Under the pieces are notes generated by a model. The model ran no database searches. It saw nothing but the letters and a program-made list of their open reading frames with translations, and was not told where the DNA came from. Below are positions 28,546-43,126 of a DNA stretch of 64,000 nucleotides, piece by piece; within the stretch, counting starts at the first letter, position 1; the number at the start of each line of letters is the position of its first letter. The stretch comes from Eledone cirrhosa (Eukaryota), in the NCBI GenBank assembly GCA_964016885.1, contig OZ024743.1, forward strand, positions 620,001 through 684,000, read 5' to 3'. A program made the position numbers and the translations under genes.

Positions 28546-28648
28546 CCTCCACCTACCCCCCACTCTCCTGAGCGTGAATCTAATAAACATTTGTCGTACT
28601 GCCTCTCTGTTCTGTCCCTGTTCAATTTTTTATTATATATATATATAT

Positions 28649-28838
28649 AGGGTGGTGGATTGGCAGTATCGGTAGAGGGTCGGACGCCATGCTTTCCAGC
28701 ATAGTTACGTCCCTTTACGATCTGAGTTCAAATCCCGCCGAGGTTGACTTTGCCTTTCATCCTTACGGGGTCGATAAAATAAAGTACCAGTAATGCACTG
28801 GGTAATTGCTGGCCTTGTGCCTAAAATAGAAACAATTA
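28649..28838 (+). mobile_element. Full-length Meta/MESC-core SINE in (TA)n
   Basis: A box, B box, core, tail. Confidence 0.93.
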
Positions 28839-29355
28839 TATATATATATATACTATGGATCATAATCAATTCACTGATTACAAACATAATAATTTAGTAA
28901 TTACATTAATACAAAGGAGTGTCATTTTAATCATTTGAAGTAATTATATAAAATCAACTGAATTACCTATATATTATTATATAAATGTTTATTACTAATT
29001 TTTGTTTCTGAAGCTAATTATGCCACACATTGTATTTGCATGCTTGTGTGCGTTTTAATGTGGAGGATAATTTACACGATGTAATTCTGGAACATGAGCC
29101 TGTTTATGAAGACATACAATTTTCATTTATTTAGGAAACCTCTACAATTGTAGAGGTCTCCAAAAACGACCATTTTTCATATCCCAAAATGCTTCAAGAA
29201 AATATCAACACACTCTTATATATAAATATATAAAGATTAAAAAGCACCAAAGAATCAATATGCTTTATATATCAGCTCTGCGTGAACCCCATTGCATCGA
29301 GCTTTAAACCCTCTGGTAAAGTTTATACCCAATAATAACAACACTGCTGTTATTA

Positions 29356-29413
<58 letters not shown>

Positions 29414-29630
29414 GATAACAAAATATCGTTATAGGTAATCCAATTTGAGGTTGTGAATACTTCGTATTATGAATAGTTTTAGCGTACGGCGTTGTTTGAC
29501 TCAACAAGGGGTTTACATAGGTGGAGAGTTTATGATTTCACTTGTATTCCTATGTAAGTTTATCTTGGAGTAATAATATTGAAAAAGTGAAGAATAACAT
29601 GGTCAATAGTACAAAAAAGGGGTTTTATTT

Positions 29631-29707
29631 ACAGTCTGACAATCGTTTCACTGATTAAGTTGTCTAAAAATTGCTGAACACTTGACCAGGTCATCGGAGA
29701 TAACTGT
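29631..29707 (-). ncRNA. Type I hammerhead motif with one core change (CCGATGA)
   Basis: Minus strand: ACAGTTATCT-CCGATGA-CCTGGTCAAG..CTTAATCAGT-GAAAC GATT GTC-AGACTGT; all three stems pair. Confidence 0.65.
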
Positions 29708-29796
29708 TATATGTTAATTATTTTTATGAATTCCAATTAGAGCATCAATAAAAATATTAATAATAAAGATAGAGAGAGAATATATATATATATATA

Positions 29797-30150
29797 AGTT
29801 AAAACAATGAAATAAAAAATCAAGTCATTAGAGATATACTTCACTGCTTTACGATCGATCGTTTCTAGATGATGATAATACATTGTAGCTATACTCAGTA
29901 ATTGATCTATGTAAGGTTATTTACAAACTATCAGATAAAGAGAATATTTACTTACATGCATATCACCAGCTGTTTTCGAAAACAGCTGGTGATATGCATG
30001 TAAGTAAATATTCTCTTTATCAGATATTTTGTAACTAACCTTACATAGATCAATAACGAAGTATAGCTACAATGGGTTATCATCATCTAGAAACGATCGT
30101 AAAGCAGTGAAGTATATCTCTAATGACTTTTTATTTCATTGTTTTAACTT
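29797..30150. repeat. Spacerless imperfect palindrome, ~175-bp arms, centre 29977/29978
   Basis: CAGCTGTTTTC|GAAAACAGCTG; inner ~45 bp perfect, outer part diverged; each arm has GAAACGATCGTA (hammerhead-like 3' half). Confidence 0.92.
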
Positions 30151-30825
30151 ATATCATGACTGTTTTCCTTTTAATGTTTTATTGTTTTCCGAGATTTATC
30201 TTAACATACAACATTTTCAACATATGGATTACATCGAGTTCTTCATGCAGAATAGACCCCACAACTTACTGTGGATACCTCTGTGTTATATATATATATA
30301 TTAGAAAAGGGAAGTAAGGATTCTATACAAAACAGTGGATATAGAGAAAAGATGAAGTTGGAAATAGCAAGGGAGATATATTTAAGGGTATGTTTTTCTT
30401 TTTTGATTTGTCAAAGTGACATTATTGAAAAGATAATATTATTAAAAAATATTTATGATGTATAAAAAGTATGTGAAGAATTACCGGTTTCGATGTGTTA
30501 TTAAAATCCATCTTATCAAATGTTGAGTGTAAAAAATTAAAAAAGAGTTGTTAGGAGTTAAAAACGAAAGGTTTAAAATTAAAATCAAAAACAAATGTTT
30601 GAATAAATTTTCTCCCATCCTGCTGAAAGGTTGGGTGGAATGAGAACTTTACTTATTTATCTGCCAGGGAGGAAGTGGTGTTTTGAAGAATATCCTATCA
30701 GTGTATTGTTAATCGAGTGGTCAAAAGTTCAAAAGTTGAGTGTATTTACTTATATATACACTGTTTCGTTTCAAAACAAGAGGTAAAAATTACTCATAGC
30801 AGACGTTACTGCTACTGATACTCAG

Positions 30826-31428
30826 GCCTGTCAGGACCCAGACGGCTGAGCTCTGGCCGTTACGACAGCTAGAACCGAACAATTCGGAACTAGCTGTCGA
30901 GACGGCCGGAGCTTAGCCGTCGGGATGATGACTCTTTTACATATATTTACCACTGTGATTCTGTGTTTTTTTCTCTCTCTCTTACTGTTCCCCCATTCTC
31001 TCTGTTTCTCCCCCTCCGTCATGTCAGTTAACTCTTCCTCACACTTTCACTCACTCACTGTTTCTCTCTCTTCTCCTCATTTCATCCTGTACACCACGAA
31101 GGCTATTTTTCTCTCTCACATAGCCTTCGCTCGTGTCGGGTCTGTCCTAAAAGCGCTCATATATTCACCTAGCTTATGCTAAACAGAATAATTTTTGAAG
31201 CTTATTTCTTTCCCCTGGTTAGCCGTACTCTTTGTTGTTCTCCTGTCTCACTCGCTTTACGCGTTTTAATTGTCCTAATAACTTATTTTGGTTATTATTG
31301 CACCGACGTGAGGTATATGATTTTTAATGCAATGAAATATCTATGATCGTCGGTAAATCACTGATGAGGGACTCATTTTATTACATGTTATCCATCTGCT
31401 ACCTGCAGTATTTTTCTCTATATTTTAT

Positions 31429-31430
<2 letters not shown>
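30826..31430 (+). mobile_element. Fold-back hairpin (30826-30928) followed by a diverged copy of the 526-bp element
   Basis: GACGGCTGAGCTCTGGCCGT..GACGGCCGGAGCTTAGCCGTC hairpin; downstream homology to the reverse complement of 13291-13817. Confidence 0.75.
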
Positions 31431-31499
<69 letters not shown>

Positions 31500-31570
31500 A
31501 TATATTTATATATATATATATATATATAATGATATTAAATAAATAGAAACTATATTTATAAAACCATATT

Positions 31571-31634
31571 TATTTTATTATATATATTTAAAGGGTACCA
31601 AGACAACATTGGTACGCTTTCATCAGATAAAATA
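31571..31634 (-). ncRNA. Type I hammerhead motif (GAAA changed to TAAA) in a homologue of the 17.5-kb element (31530-31800)
   Basis: Minus strand: TATTTTAT-CTGATGA-AAGCGTACCAA TGTTGTC TTGGTACCCTT-TAAA-TATATATA-ATAAAATA. Confidence 0.65.
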
Positions 31635-31798
31635 CAAAGTTTGTTTTACAAATAGAGACATACCCATGAAAATCATACCTTATCGGTTGGAAATTCACTG
31701 GATACTGGATACTCCAGTATAGAGTTCAGTTGAGTGCTCTAAATCAGTTATAAACATTTATATTTGTCGGACTTCCAACAAATTAAATACCCCTTCTA

Positions 31799-31902
<104 letters not shown>

Positions 31903-31911
31903 CATATATAC

Positions 31912-31966
<55 letters not shown>

Positions 31967-31967
31967 C

Positions 31968-32097
<130 letters not shown>

Positions 32098-32663
32098 AGA
32101 GAGATATATATATTAGTAATTTCTAGTAGAAACATGTGTCAGTAAAATAGAATATTTTAATTTTTCATATCTGCTCTTTGTGCATGTACACTGACATATA
32201 TTCACATACAAAGACACGCATCTATAAAAATATGGGGCTGGGGTGAATGTGCACACGCTTAAATTATCTCCTCAATACTACCTTAAACATCTACGTTGTC
32301 CCTGAATTATATATACTTTAAAGAATGCAGAGGACATCTGAACAATGTAACTTTCCCTACTTGTACATACATGTCGCATTAATAGCTTTGCATTCTAATA
32401 TTCGGTAAAGATTAACGTGAGAATGGACTATATTTACTATGGCATAGAGGTATGTATGTATGTATGTATGTATGTATGTATGTATGTATGTATGTATGTA
32501 TGTATGTATGTATGCACGTGTATGTATGCATGAATTTAAGGATTTATAGTCACACTATACGTATATAACTATGTATATATGAAGGTATACTTGTTTCTCT
32601 CACACTTTCCCCGTCTCTGTCGTACATTCTCCCTGTATACGTATGTGTGTGTGTGTATGTATG

Positions 32664-32741
<78 letters not shown>

Positions 32742-33298
32742 TATATATATATATACATATATATATACACACACATATATAATATATTTATCATATACAT
32801 ATATATATATATATATATATACTCGCACATACACATACGCACACATGCTTGTGCACACAGACATATGAGAACGCAAGTTGTCAAACAGCATTACAGAGGA
32901 AAGTAGCGAGAACCTGGTTAACGCCCAACTACATTAACCGCGTTGGTACCGGTCTTTCACCGATTTAACGCATACGTAAACTTCTGAGCTTATAAATGAT
33001 GAAGTTGAATTTTTCCCTGTACATAGTCACACAACGAACACACAGATTGGCAAGACACAAGCACACACACTCTTAAGACACAAGCACTCACAGCACACTT
33101 GCGCGCCAATACAACAGCTTACCTATACAAGCTGGAACAGAAACACACTCACTTTTGCGAATATGTTGACGAAAACATACAGAAATATTTATATGCATAA
33201 TGAAAAATACCTGTCTTCCTTTGTATGTGTGGATATATAATATAATATAATATAATATAATATAATATAATATAATATAATATAATATAATATAATAT

Positions 33299-33488
33299 AA
33301 TTGTTTCTACTTTAGGCACAAGGCCAGAAATTAACTAGTGCATTACTGGTACTTTATTTTATCGACTCCGTAAGGATGAAAGGCAAAGTCAACCTCGGCG
33401 GGATTTGAACTCAGATCGTAAAGGGACGTAACTATACTGGAAAGCATGGCGTACGACCCTCTAGCGATACTGCCAAGCCTCCGCCCTT
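33299..33488 (-). mobile_element. Full-length Meta/MESC-core SINE between (TATAA)n and (ACATA)n
   Basis: Reverse complement of head, B box, core, tail. Confidence 0.9.
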
Positions 33489-33566
33489 TAACATAACATA
33501 ACATAACATAACATAACATAACATAACATAACATAACATAACATAATATAATATAATATAATATAT

Positions 33567-33668
33567 TGGTAAGAGAATTGGATTCACAATCGTGAGGTTT
33601 TGAGTTCGATTCCCGGACCAGGCGATGCGTTATGCCTTGAGCAAGACACTTTACTTCATGTTGCTCCT
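33567..33668 (+). mobile_element. Second tRNA-derived SINE family, 5' part (related remnant at ~48265-48325)
   Basis: GAGTTCGATTCCC B box followed by CCTTGAGCAAGACACTTTA (CORE/V-like central motif). Confidence 0.6.
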
Positions 33669-33770
33669 TCTACCTGGAGTTGCGACCGATATTAGCGATT
33701 TTAAAGACCCATGGAAACATTGTTTCCTCGGTCCGATTTGACGAAGGTCGATCGACTGACGATATATATA

Positions 33771-33968
33771 TAACGAAGGAGGTGTGGTAAGGAACCAGAT
33801 GGGCTATAACGCACCAGAGTACTGAATAATTAGGGTAGTAGAGTGGGTAATAGGAATGTTTGACCCCGACGGCAGAGCTCAAGCCATTTCGACGGCTATT
33901 TCTGGAGTAGTACAGAAATAGCCGTCGAAGCGGCTTGAGTTCTGCCGTCGGGGTCAAACATTTTCCTA
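33771..33968 (-). mobile_element. Short fold-back element in TA repeats, same family as 24901-25092
   Basis: Same flank and hairpin; arms differ from the 24.9-kb copy in a mutually complementary way. Confidence 0.85.
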
Positions 33969-34234
33969 TATATATATGTGTGTAAATGAAGTATTTCCGT
34001 CAGAAAGGTACAGGAAAAAAGCGTGCTCTATGTAGTTTACAGAGCTTATTAGTTATGTAATAATATATATATATATATATATATTTAGTATTTTCCGTAG
34101 TGTTGTAATATGAATATTACACACAGTAGATGGACAGCTCACGTAGAGTTTGCTCGACGGTTCCAGTTGTAGTTTCAAAAGTAATCCGGAGAAAATAGAA
34201 GGATTTAAATGGATACAGTTCAGTTAAAAGGAAT

Positions 34235-34355
34235 TTATTGACACGTGTTTCAATAACAGTTACATAACCTGAAAACAGCTGATATCTACAAAGTATTAAT
34301 TATGCAGACACTCAATATTTCAATGTTATTATCAACTATCATTTCATCAGAATAA
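34235..34355 (-). ncRNA. Type I hammerhead with intact core and a long extended stem II
   Basis: Minus strand: TTATT-CTGATGA-AATGATAGTT..(~70 nt)..AACTGTTATT-GAAAC ACGT GTC-AATAA. Confidence 0.8.
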
Positions 34356-34664
34356 TTTTATTGAGAACCTGTTTGGTTTTTATAGAGAATATTAAGAGGG
34401 AGGGGTGAAGTTGTTAGAAGAATAGTTAAGGGAGTGGATAGAGATTTTTTTGATAGCAGTGAGAATTTTTGGTAGCAGTGAGTAATTAGAATCCCAACTG
34501 TTGTTTTGACATTTTTATAGAATACATTATTTGGCGTTGGTTATTTTTCGAAACGGCTAGAGGGTTCCTGACTCTTTTCCTGTTACCCACTCTACTACCC
34601 GGAGTATCGATTACTCTGGTGCGTCATGGTCCACCTTGTTCCTTATCTCAATTCCTTCGTTATC

Positions 34665-35051
34665 TACGAGAGCAATCCCAAAAGTAAGGTCTCCTTCCGA
34701 TATTGCAACTTCCGATATTACAACTTTTCCGTTAAAATCCTTTGGATGATCTTCGGGAAACCTCAGGAACCAAAATGCAGAGAATATCCAGAGTGATCCG
34801 CCGATCTTTACGTATGTCTTCCTCGGAAGGAGACCTTACTTTTGGGATTGCCCTCTATATAATAACTGCGCGAAATTCGCACTTGGCGGTAGCGTTCAAC
34901 GGGAGCTCCATTCTCAACGGCTACGAAGCGCGCGCATGCTTCTTTAGGAGTGAAGGAAGCACCAATCACAATAGTGTTGCCAACATCCGTACGAACAGTT
35001 TCTCTGCGTCCCCGTCTCTTTGGAGACCTTACTTTTGGGATTACCCTCGTA
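34665..35051. mobile_element. Tc1/mariner-type MITE with one left and two right TIR copies
   Basis: TA-CGAGAGCAATCCCAAAAGTAAGGTCTCC at 34665; reverse complements end at 34855 and 35051 (..GGGATTACCCTCG-TA). Confidence 0.75.
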
Positions 35052-35071
35052 TATATATATAATGATAATAA

Positions 35072-35250
35072 TAATTGTTTCTACTTTTGGCACAAGGACA
35101 GCAATTATCCAGTGCATTACTGGTACTTTATTTTAACGACCCGTAAGGATGAGAGGCAAAGTTAACCTCGGCGGGATTTGTACTCAGAAGGGCAAGGGCC
35201 GTAACTCTATGCGTCAAAGCATGGCGTACGGCCCTCTACTGATACTACCA
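35072..35250 (-). mobile_element. Meta/MESC-core SINE
   Basis: Reverse complement of the SINE consensus. Confidence 0.9.
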
Positions 35251-35338
35251 ATATAATAATGATAATAATATATATTATATATTAATATATATATATATAT
35301 ATATACATTTACATACATGCATATATATATATTAGATA

Positions 35339-35387
<49 letters not shown>

Positions 35388-35409
35388 TTACATACATGCA
35401 TATATATAT

Positions 35410-36518
<1,109 letters not shown>

Positions 36519-36879
36519 CATATATACATGCACATACGTATTAACAAATTATACATTACTGTATAATTTTGTTTCCTGTGTTTCTTTTGTTTCATTTATT
36601 AACTATATATGCATATGTACATAAAATCATGTTTAGTATATCCGCTACTTTTATTGAGAAGAAGAAAAAACACTACTGAGCTGGAGATTTAACCCGGCGT
36701 TGGGCTGGCATCCAGTCCAGGATAAAAGGGTAGTCTTGTATCCTTAGTCACTTAATGCCACTTAAATAGCTACAAGCATCGGCTTGATGTGTCCCCGAGC
36801 TCGAGGCAAACTTTTCATTTTGATCACAGCCACATAGCTAGAGGTTCGATGCCAATTCTATCAACTAATTACTCTTAAA

Positions 36880-37290
36880 AGGGTCAGTATATTGGCAGAA
36901 TCGGTAGAGCGGCGGATAACGTACAATGCGGCATTTTCTTTTTTTTTGTTTTGCAATTTACGTTCTGGGTTCTAATCCTACCGAGGTCAACTTTGCTTTT
37001 CATCCTTTTGAGTTCGATAAAACAACATACAGACAGTACCTATGAGTTAAATAAGGAATAGCTTAGGGCTGTAAACCCTCAGCGACTATATTCAAAATAA
37101 ATATTTTTATTCTATCATTAATTTTTATTCATTAACACTAAATCATAAAAAATAGGGTCTCAAATTTCATATAGCTAAGGGCTTCAACAGACGAATGTCT
37201 GGTCCTGTGTACCAGCGAAATATTGGGATCGATATAATCGATTTTAATCTCTTTCCAAAATTTCTGGTCTTGTGCCTAAGTTAGAAATCC
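36880..37290 (+). mobile_element. Old interrupted Meta/MESC-core SINE (long subtype)
   Basis: Head TTGGCAGAATCGGTAGAG, core to ~37022, resumes at ~37208 with GATCGATATAATCGA..CTGGTCTTGTGCCT. Confidence 0.7.
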
Positions 37291-37540
37291 TTATTATATA
37301 CTTCTACGAGATGGTGTTATAATACTCAGGGGTTTGGTGGGAGTCACATAACGGAAAATTTGTAACGGTTTTTACATCAGATTCGTTCAAAACACATCAA
37401 ATTATTGCAGGAAAAACGTAATTTCGCCTTCAAAATTCTAAATACCTACCTTTTAAAGTTCTGTAAATGATATTGTTACACCTGGATCAAATACGTCTGT
37501 AATATAATAAATATTTACCTGAAAGCCTTCTGAATGCAAT

Positions 37541-37895
37541 GTGGTAAACGAAATCCGAGAGGGTGACCACGTTTAGAGAGGTCTCAACGCTGTATTTCTT
37601 GTTCTGGGGTGCTAGAAAGATTCCGTGAGGGTGACCACCTTTGGAGAGGTCTGGACGCTATATATTAATCTGGGGTGGTAGACGAAATCCATGAGAGTGA
37701 CCACCTTTGGAGAGGTCTGAATGCTCTATTATTTCTTGATCTGTGGTGGTAGACAAATTCCGTAAGGTGATCACATTTGGAGAGGACTGAACGCTATATT
37801 ATTTTTTTTATCTGAGGTGGTAGACAAATTCTGTGAGAGTGACCACATTTGGAGAGGGCTGAATGCTGTATTTTATTCTCTGGTGTGGTAGATGT
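37541..37895. repeat. Diverged ~60-bp minisatellite, ~6 copies
   Basis: Recurrent GTGGTAGACRAAWTCCRTGAGRGTGACCACMTTTGGAGAGGTCTG. Confidence 0.85.
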
Positions 37896-38449
37896 AATCC
37901 ATATGTCACTTAGTTTAACATAGAAAACAGTAGAGTATGTAATCATTTCCTGTGTTACGTCGTAAACTAGATCTGGGAGAGGGAGAAGTTGGGAAGTACA
38001 GTGGGGTTCACCCCTGCGTAATGACGTAATTGCAAATGGCCAAGTGAGGGATTTACAAAATTACCAAAAGTAAGTAACAAATTCCTTAATATTTTTAGAT
38101 ATTGATTTTCACAAAAGCCGAGGGATATTACAAGAAACGCCTGGACCTTTGGTGTCTTTAATAAAGTTCATTCCTTTGCAGAGGGGCGGGGGGGGGGGGT
38201 CTTTTCAACTGAGCATAACATCTTGGTCCATGGCCAAGTGTGCTGGAGTCTTTGACAATTGTCAAAACACAATAGTAAATTTTTAATATTATACCTTATC
38301 TCCTAGACTATAATAGCGTTTTTATTTTTAATCTTCAGAGTCATTAGTTGATAGAATTTTGAGGATAAAATTTAGGGTTTTTCCTATAAATTTTGATGCT
38401 TTTTGAACGAATATAGCCTTCAACACTCTCGTGTTTCGCCTAATCTCCA

Positions 38450-38878
38450 AAAATAGGCACTGACTTGATGTTTATGTTGCTGTCAGCTTCTCTCCCTTCC
38501 TTTGCTGAAAAAAGAAGTAAGTGACATAGTCACTACTTTAAAATAATAGCGCAAGGTCTTCAAAATGTTTTTAATTAAACAAACAGTAAATTACCAAATA
38601 TACTATACATACATCCATGTATACATCGCTATTTCAGAGCACCAATCCTAATTTTTAATTTTTGCTGGACCGGCAATCGCTCTGTATAATCAGTTCCTGA
38701 TTATTACTGAAATTCTATAAGAATCCAGCCTCTGTCAGCTTATCTCCCTTCCTTCGCTGACATAGTGACTACTTTAAAATAATACCGCAAGATATTCAAA
38801 ATGTTTTTAATTAAACATACAGTATATTACCAAATGTACTATACATACATCGCTATTTCAGAGCACCAATCCTAATTA
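38450..38878 (+). mobile_element. Decayed partial tandem of the 310-bp element family
   Basis: CGCTATTTCAGAGCA, GGACCGGCAATCGCTCT..CAGTTCCTG and GGTCTTCAAAATGTTT are shared with 49630-50250 and 44.6-45.2 kb. Confidence 0.75.
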
Positions 38879-38915
38879 TAATAAACGAAGCCAAATTCTA
38901 CATATTTGACTTAAT

Positions 38916-38951
<36 letters not shown>

Positions 38952-40053
38952 GTAATCTGAGTTTTTGGAATATTAATAATAATATTCGATTCGTTTTCAA
39001 TCATGCAAACAGCCTCTTTTAAGCCATGTCAGTAGAGTGACCTCGTCATTCTTGCTCTTGTGTTGGCATATATATATATATATATATATATACAAAGAGA
39101 GAGAGAGGATGGTAGTTACATAACACAGTAGGATATGGCTGGAGGGAGAATTGTCAGCTATTTTTACTAGGTCTTCCTACCATGTAGAGGTATACTACAT
39201 TGGCTTTTACAATATATACGAGTATGTATATACAGATACATATAGTGTGATACATACATAATACATATGGTGTAGTTTGAGTGAGTTTGACTGCTATTTC
39301 TACTATGTCTAGCTACCGTTTACAGGCTCTACCAAGTTAGCATATACAATATATGCTAGCAATTTGTTCCTAAACAGAATCTTTGATGCACTTGTGTATC
39401 TGTTGGTGTGATGCGAGATAACATTAGTTCCATCGCCTAGTAGAAAGATTAGATTTTAAAACGTAAAAAAATAATATATTAGTTTGTATATAACCCTCCA
39501 TCGTTCGGCCTCTCATCGGTGATACGGGCGTATTGGGTGCAAGGAAAATTTTTTATCTGTCTTTTTTTTTTTTTAAAATAAACTAGTCTAATAGGCTGCC
39601 AAATAAGGTAAACTAAAAATCAAAACATTGGTTTCTGATTTAGGCACAAGGCCAACAATTTGGGGAAGTGGAAAGTCAATCAAACCACCCCCAGTGCATT
39701 ACTGATACTTTAGTTTATCGACACCGTACAGGGACGGTGGAAATGGGAGGGCAGGTGGCAACAAACAATAATTATATTTTTCGCCCAAACTACCTAAACG
39801 CACGTCTATTTGTTTATGCGCTACAATTTATGTACATGTTATGTTTATCGTATATCGAAGTTTTTTAATATCTTGAGTAGCGTTTGATAATAACAGTTAA
39901 TCTAGTCACTAAAACTAAATTGATCAAATCCCCCCCCCCCAAAAAAAAAGAACTGTTCCCCTGAAAATACTGTTTTTCGTTTTGCCTTGTTTTCGTTCGT
40001 TGTCTTGTCTTCTTTGTCAATTCTCCTATATATATATATATTTATATTTTTTT

Positions 40054-40119
<66 letters not shown>

Positions 40120-41199
40120 CAGAGTGTGTGTGAGAGAGAGAGAAGAGAGAGAAAGAGAGAGAGTGAAAGAAAGAAAGAGAGATAGATAGACAGATTGACA
40201 AAAAATGTCGCGTCGCCTTGAAGATTACGCACAATAGGGCAGGTGATATATTAAAGTGTGTGTTTTAATATGTATATTTTGTTTGCTTCTGAATGTATTA
40301 TGTGAGTGTATGAAAGAGTTTTTATATAGAGAATGATAATATTTTGCTATATACACACACCTACTCACACATATATAAATGCCAACCCTCATACATGAAC
40401 ACAAGCTTGCAAAGAAGTAAACAAGTATAATCCATTTACATAAACAATTAACAATTCATTGGTGTTGGCTTTGAGTCAGATAACATTTACTAAACACTCA
40501 CACACACACACAGACATACGCACACACACACACACACACACGCACACACACACACACACATACACCTACACACACACACTTATAGAGATATATACATACA
40601 TAAGGCAATTGACGACGTCTTTAAAATACATGGAGCTGAAATAAACTACATGCTAAAGATGAATGCGAAATATTCTGAATGTCATGTATTCAGGTGGTAA
40701 AAAATATGTTTAGGATCTCCTAGGGAATATTTCCGTTAATTCAATAATGTGATAAAGGACAAGTACTATCATGACCCACATCGCATTCACCCCATGAGAC
40801 GAGAGATTTGTTTGTTAGCTTAACCTACTGATAAGTGTTACAATTTAGATCTAATATTAGGGCTTATAAGTCATTATTTACCTTTCACATCCTCAGGCAT
40901 AATGGGGGCTAAATAAATAGATCATAATCCTTTAGGAGTGTATATATACATAGAATAAATGGTATGGTTATTCCATTGATGACCTTGATGACCCTCGTAT
41001 CTCTTTGTCTTCATAAATCACTACCTATGACCAACTGCAGTTTCTATTGCTTTTTTCATCTCCATATAAACTACAAGATTGCAGCGAATTCGCAGAATCT
41101 TCATAACCTCAGATGAATGCTTTCTGTGCTGTTCCGGCTCTCTGAGCACTGAGTTTAAATCTAATGTGGTCACTTAGCTTTTCCTAGTAGATAGTTATA

Positions 41200-41300
41200 A
41201 ACTTGGTGTGAGCTACATCTTGGATTTAGAGAGAACACTACAGATAAATCTTTTATCTGTAGTGTTCTCTCTAACTCCAAGATGTTAGCTCCACCAAGTT
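41200..41300. repeat. Imperfect hairpin, ~48-bp arms
   Basis: TAGAGAGAACACTACAGATAAA TCT TTTATCTGTAGTGTTCTCTCTA core with diverged outer arms. Confidence 0.85.
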
Positions 41301-42940
41301 AAAAATATCTACTAAACGCCCTATGTCACCACGACTCTTATACAACTTCTCATACACGTTCGAAATATATAATGCTATTATATCATTGCAGAAGAAACTA
41401 TCTTCATTGTAGAGTGTAACCACTAGTATATACACACGCAGAGAGAAAAGGAGAGAGATACTCATGTACACACACACACACATACATTTGTATGTGTGTG
41501 TACATATGCGTGGCTATTTGTCTTTGTGGTAGCCAGACACACATGGCCTATACAGAGCTTATTTCAACTTGCACAAACGGAGTATTATTCAACGAAATTG
41601 TCTGAGTAATTATAAATTAAACGGAGCTTGACCATAGTCAAATATGAAAGAAATACATTATTGAATAACGTTGAAGATTCAAATATCATTAAAGATATTT
41701 AAAATATAGTTCATATAAGCGAATTCATTTAACCTCTCGTCACTTTACATTCCAGAGGGTTGTGTGTATGCGCTATATTGTGCAGCGTATCTTGGACAAA
41801 TACAGTCCGCCAAAACCCATCCGTTTCCAATTACATAATTTAAAGAATATAGTTCCCTTTACTACCTGAGGATAGGCTATTCTATTACTGTTTTACATCG
41901 CTACACATCACTCTTAAATTCAATGATTACACGATGAATTGACGCCAAGCAGTTGAACAATGATAAATCATGAATCATAAATTATTAGTTAATATTAAAA
42001 TATAAATGATAGAATACATTAACAGACACTAATTTGGGAAAGGAAAAGACAAGTTCTCCTACAACACTCAAGCATCGTATCTATTGCATTCTTAAATATC
42101 GTGTTACCTGTTAGACAAAAAAGTACCAGTGGTCAGTTTCTGTAACAGTTATTGTGTTCACCATCCGCAACTCTAACATGAAATCGTTTGATTAATTATT
42201 GATTGGTTATTTATTGTTACTGCTACAGTTAATTGATTTGTAGTTAATTCAGTGATGATATCAATCAACTTTCACTTCGTATTACAGCTCAATTCATTAC
42301 GTATTTCACTCTTAGGAAACAACGAATCTCCACGTCATTGAAGGAATATTTATGTGGTCCCTCCCCTTACAAATAATTGCTTCCAAATCATCTTTATATC
42401 AGTTTCTTAAAACAAAGAATGGACACATTTTATGATATAGTCTCAAGAATGTTACAACTGGGAAAAGACTAGGATAGCCATGACTGGAATACGCTCGCTC
42501 TTTTGTATGTTCTATCAAGCATATATGGGGTTAACCAATAATAACTAAGAAAAACCTAACCATTAAAAGAAGCGTTTCTAATTCGTAAAGGTAATTGCCC
42601 ACTGCGATCAATATAGCCATACATGTATTCATGAATCATTCACACCACAAAGTCATTACAGTGTATTGTCGCGTTGTGGCCGCATCATCAAAAGAAGCAT
42701 GAGTGACGATGTAGAGCAATCAACCAACTGTTTGTCACACTTATGTAAGCAAACGTGAAGAGAGAATTTTATGCCCTGGGGCTAAAAAGAAAAAATGTTC
42801 CTGAGTTTACACATCCTGTAGCACCATCAGCCATATGACTAGTTCCATTTCCGAGAAGGACCTGGAAAATGTATTTCCTCCTCGGACCGCAAAGCGACCA
42901 TACCAAATTACTTCCTTCAAATCTTGAGGTTAAAGATAAA

Positions 42941-43126
42941 TGTTTCTACTTTAGGCACAAGGCCAGCAATTGCCCAGTGCATTACTGGTACTTTATTTTA
43001 TCGACCCCGTAAGGATGAAAGGCAAAGTTAATCTCGGCGGGATTTGAACTCAGAATGGCAAGGGCCGTAACTCTATGCGTCAAAGCATGGCGTCCGGCCC
43101 TCTACCGATACTGCCAGTCCACTGCC
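42941..43126 (-). mobile_element. Full-length Meta/MESC-core SINE with target-site duplication
   Basis: TTGAGGTTAAAG(A/C)TAA at 42924 and 43128 flanks the SINE. Confidence 0.93.

Larger units (their letters stand above)
25133..28630 (+). mobile_element. Penelope-like retroelement, Neptune-type, 5'-truncated, inserted in (TA)n
   Basis: RT+GIY-YIG ORF, ~1.4-kb C/A-rich 3' region, hammerhead, AATAAA at ~28582, (TA)n on both sides. Confidence 0.95.
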
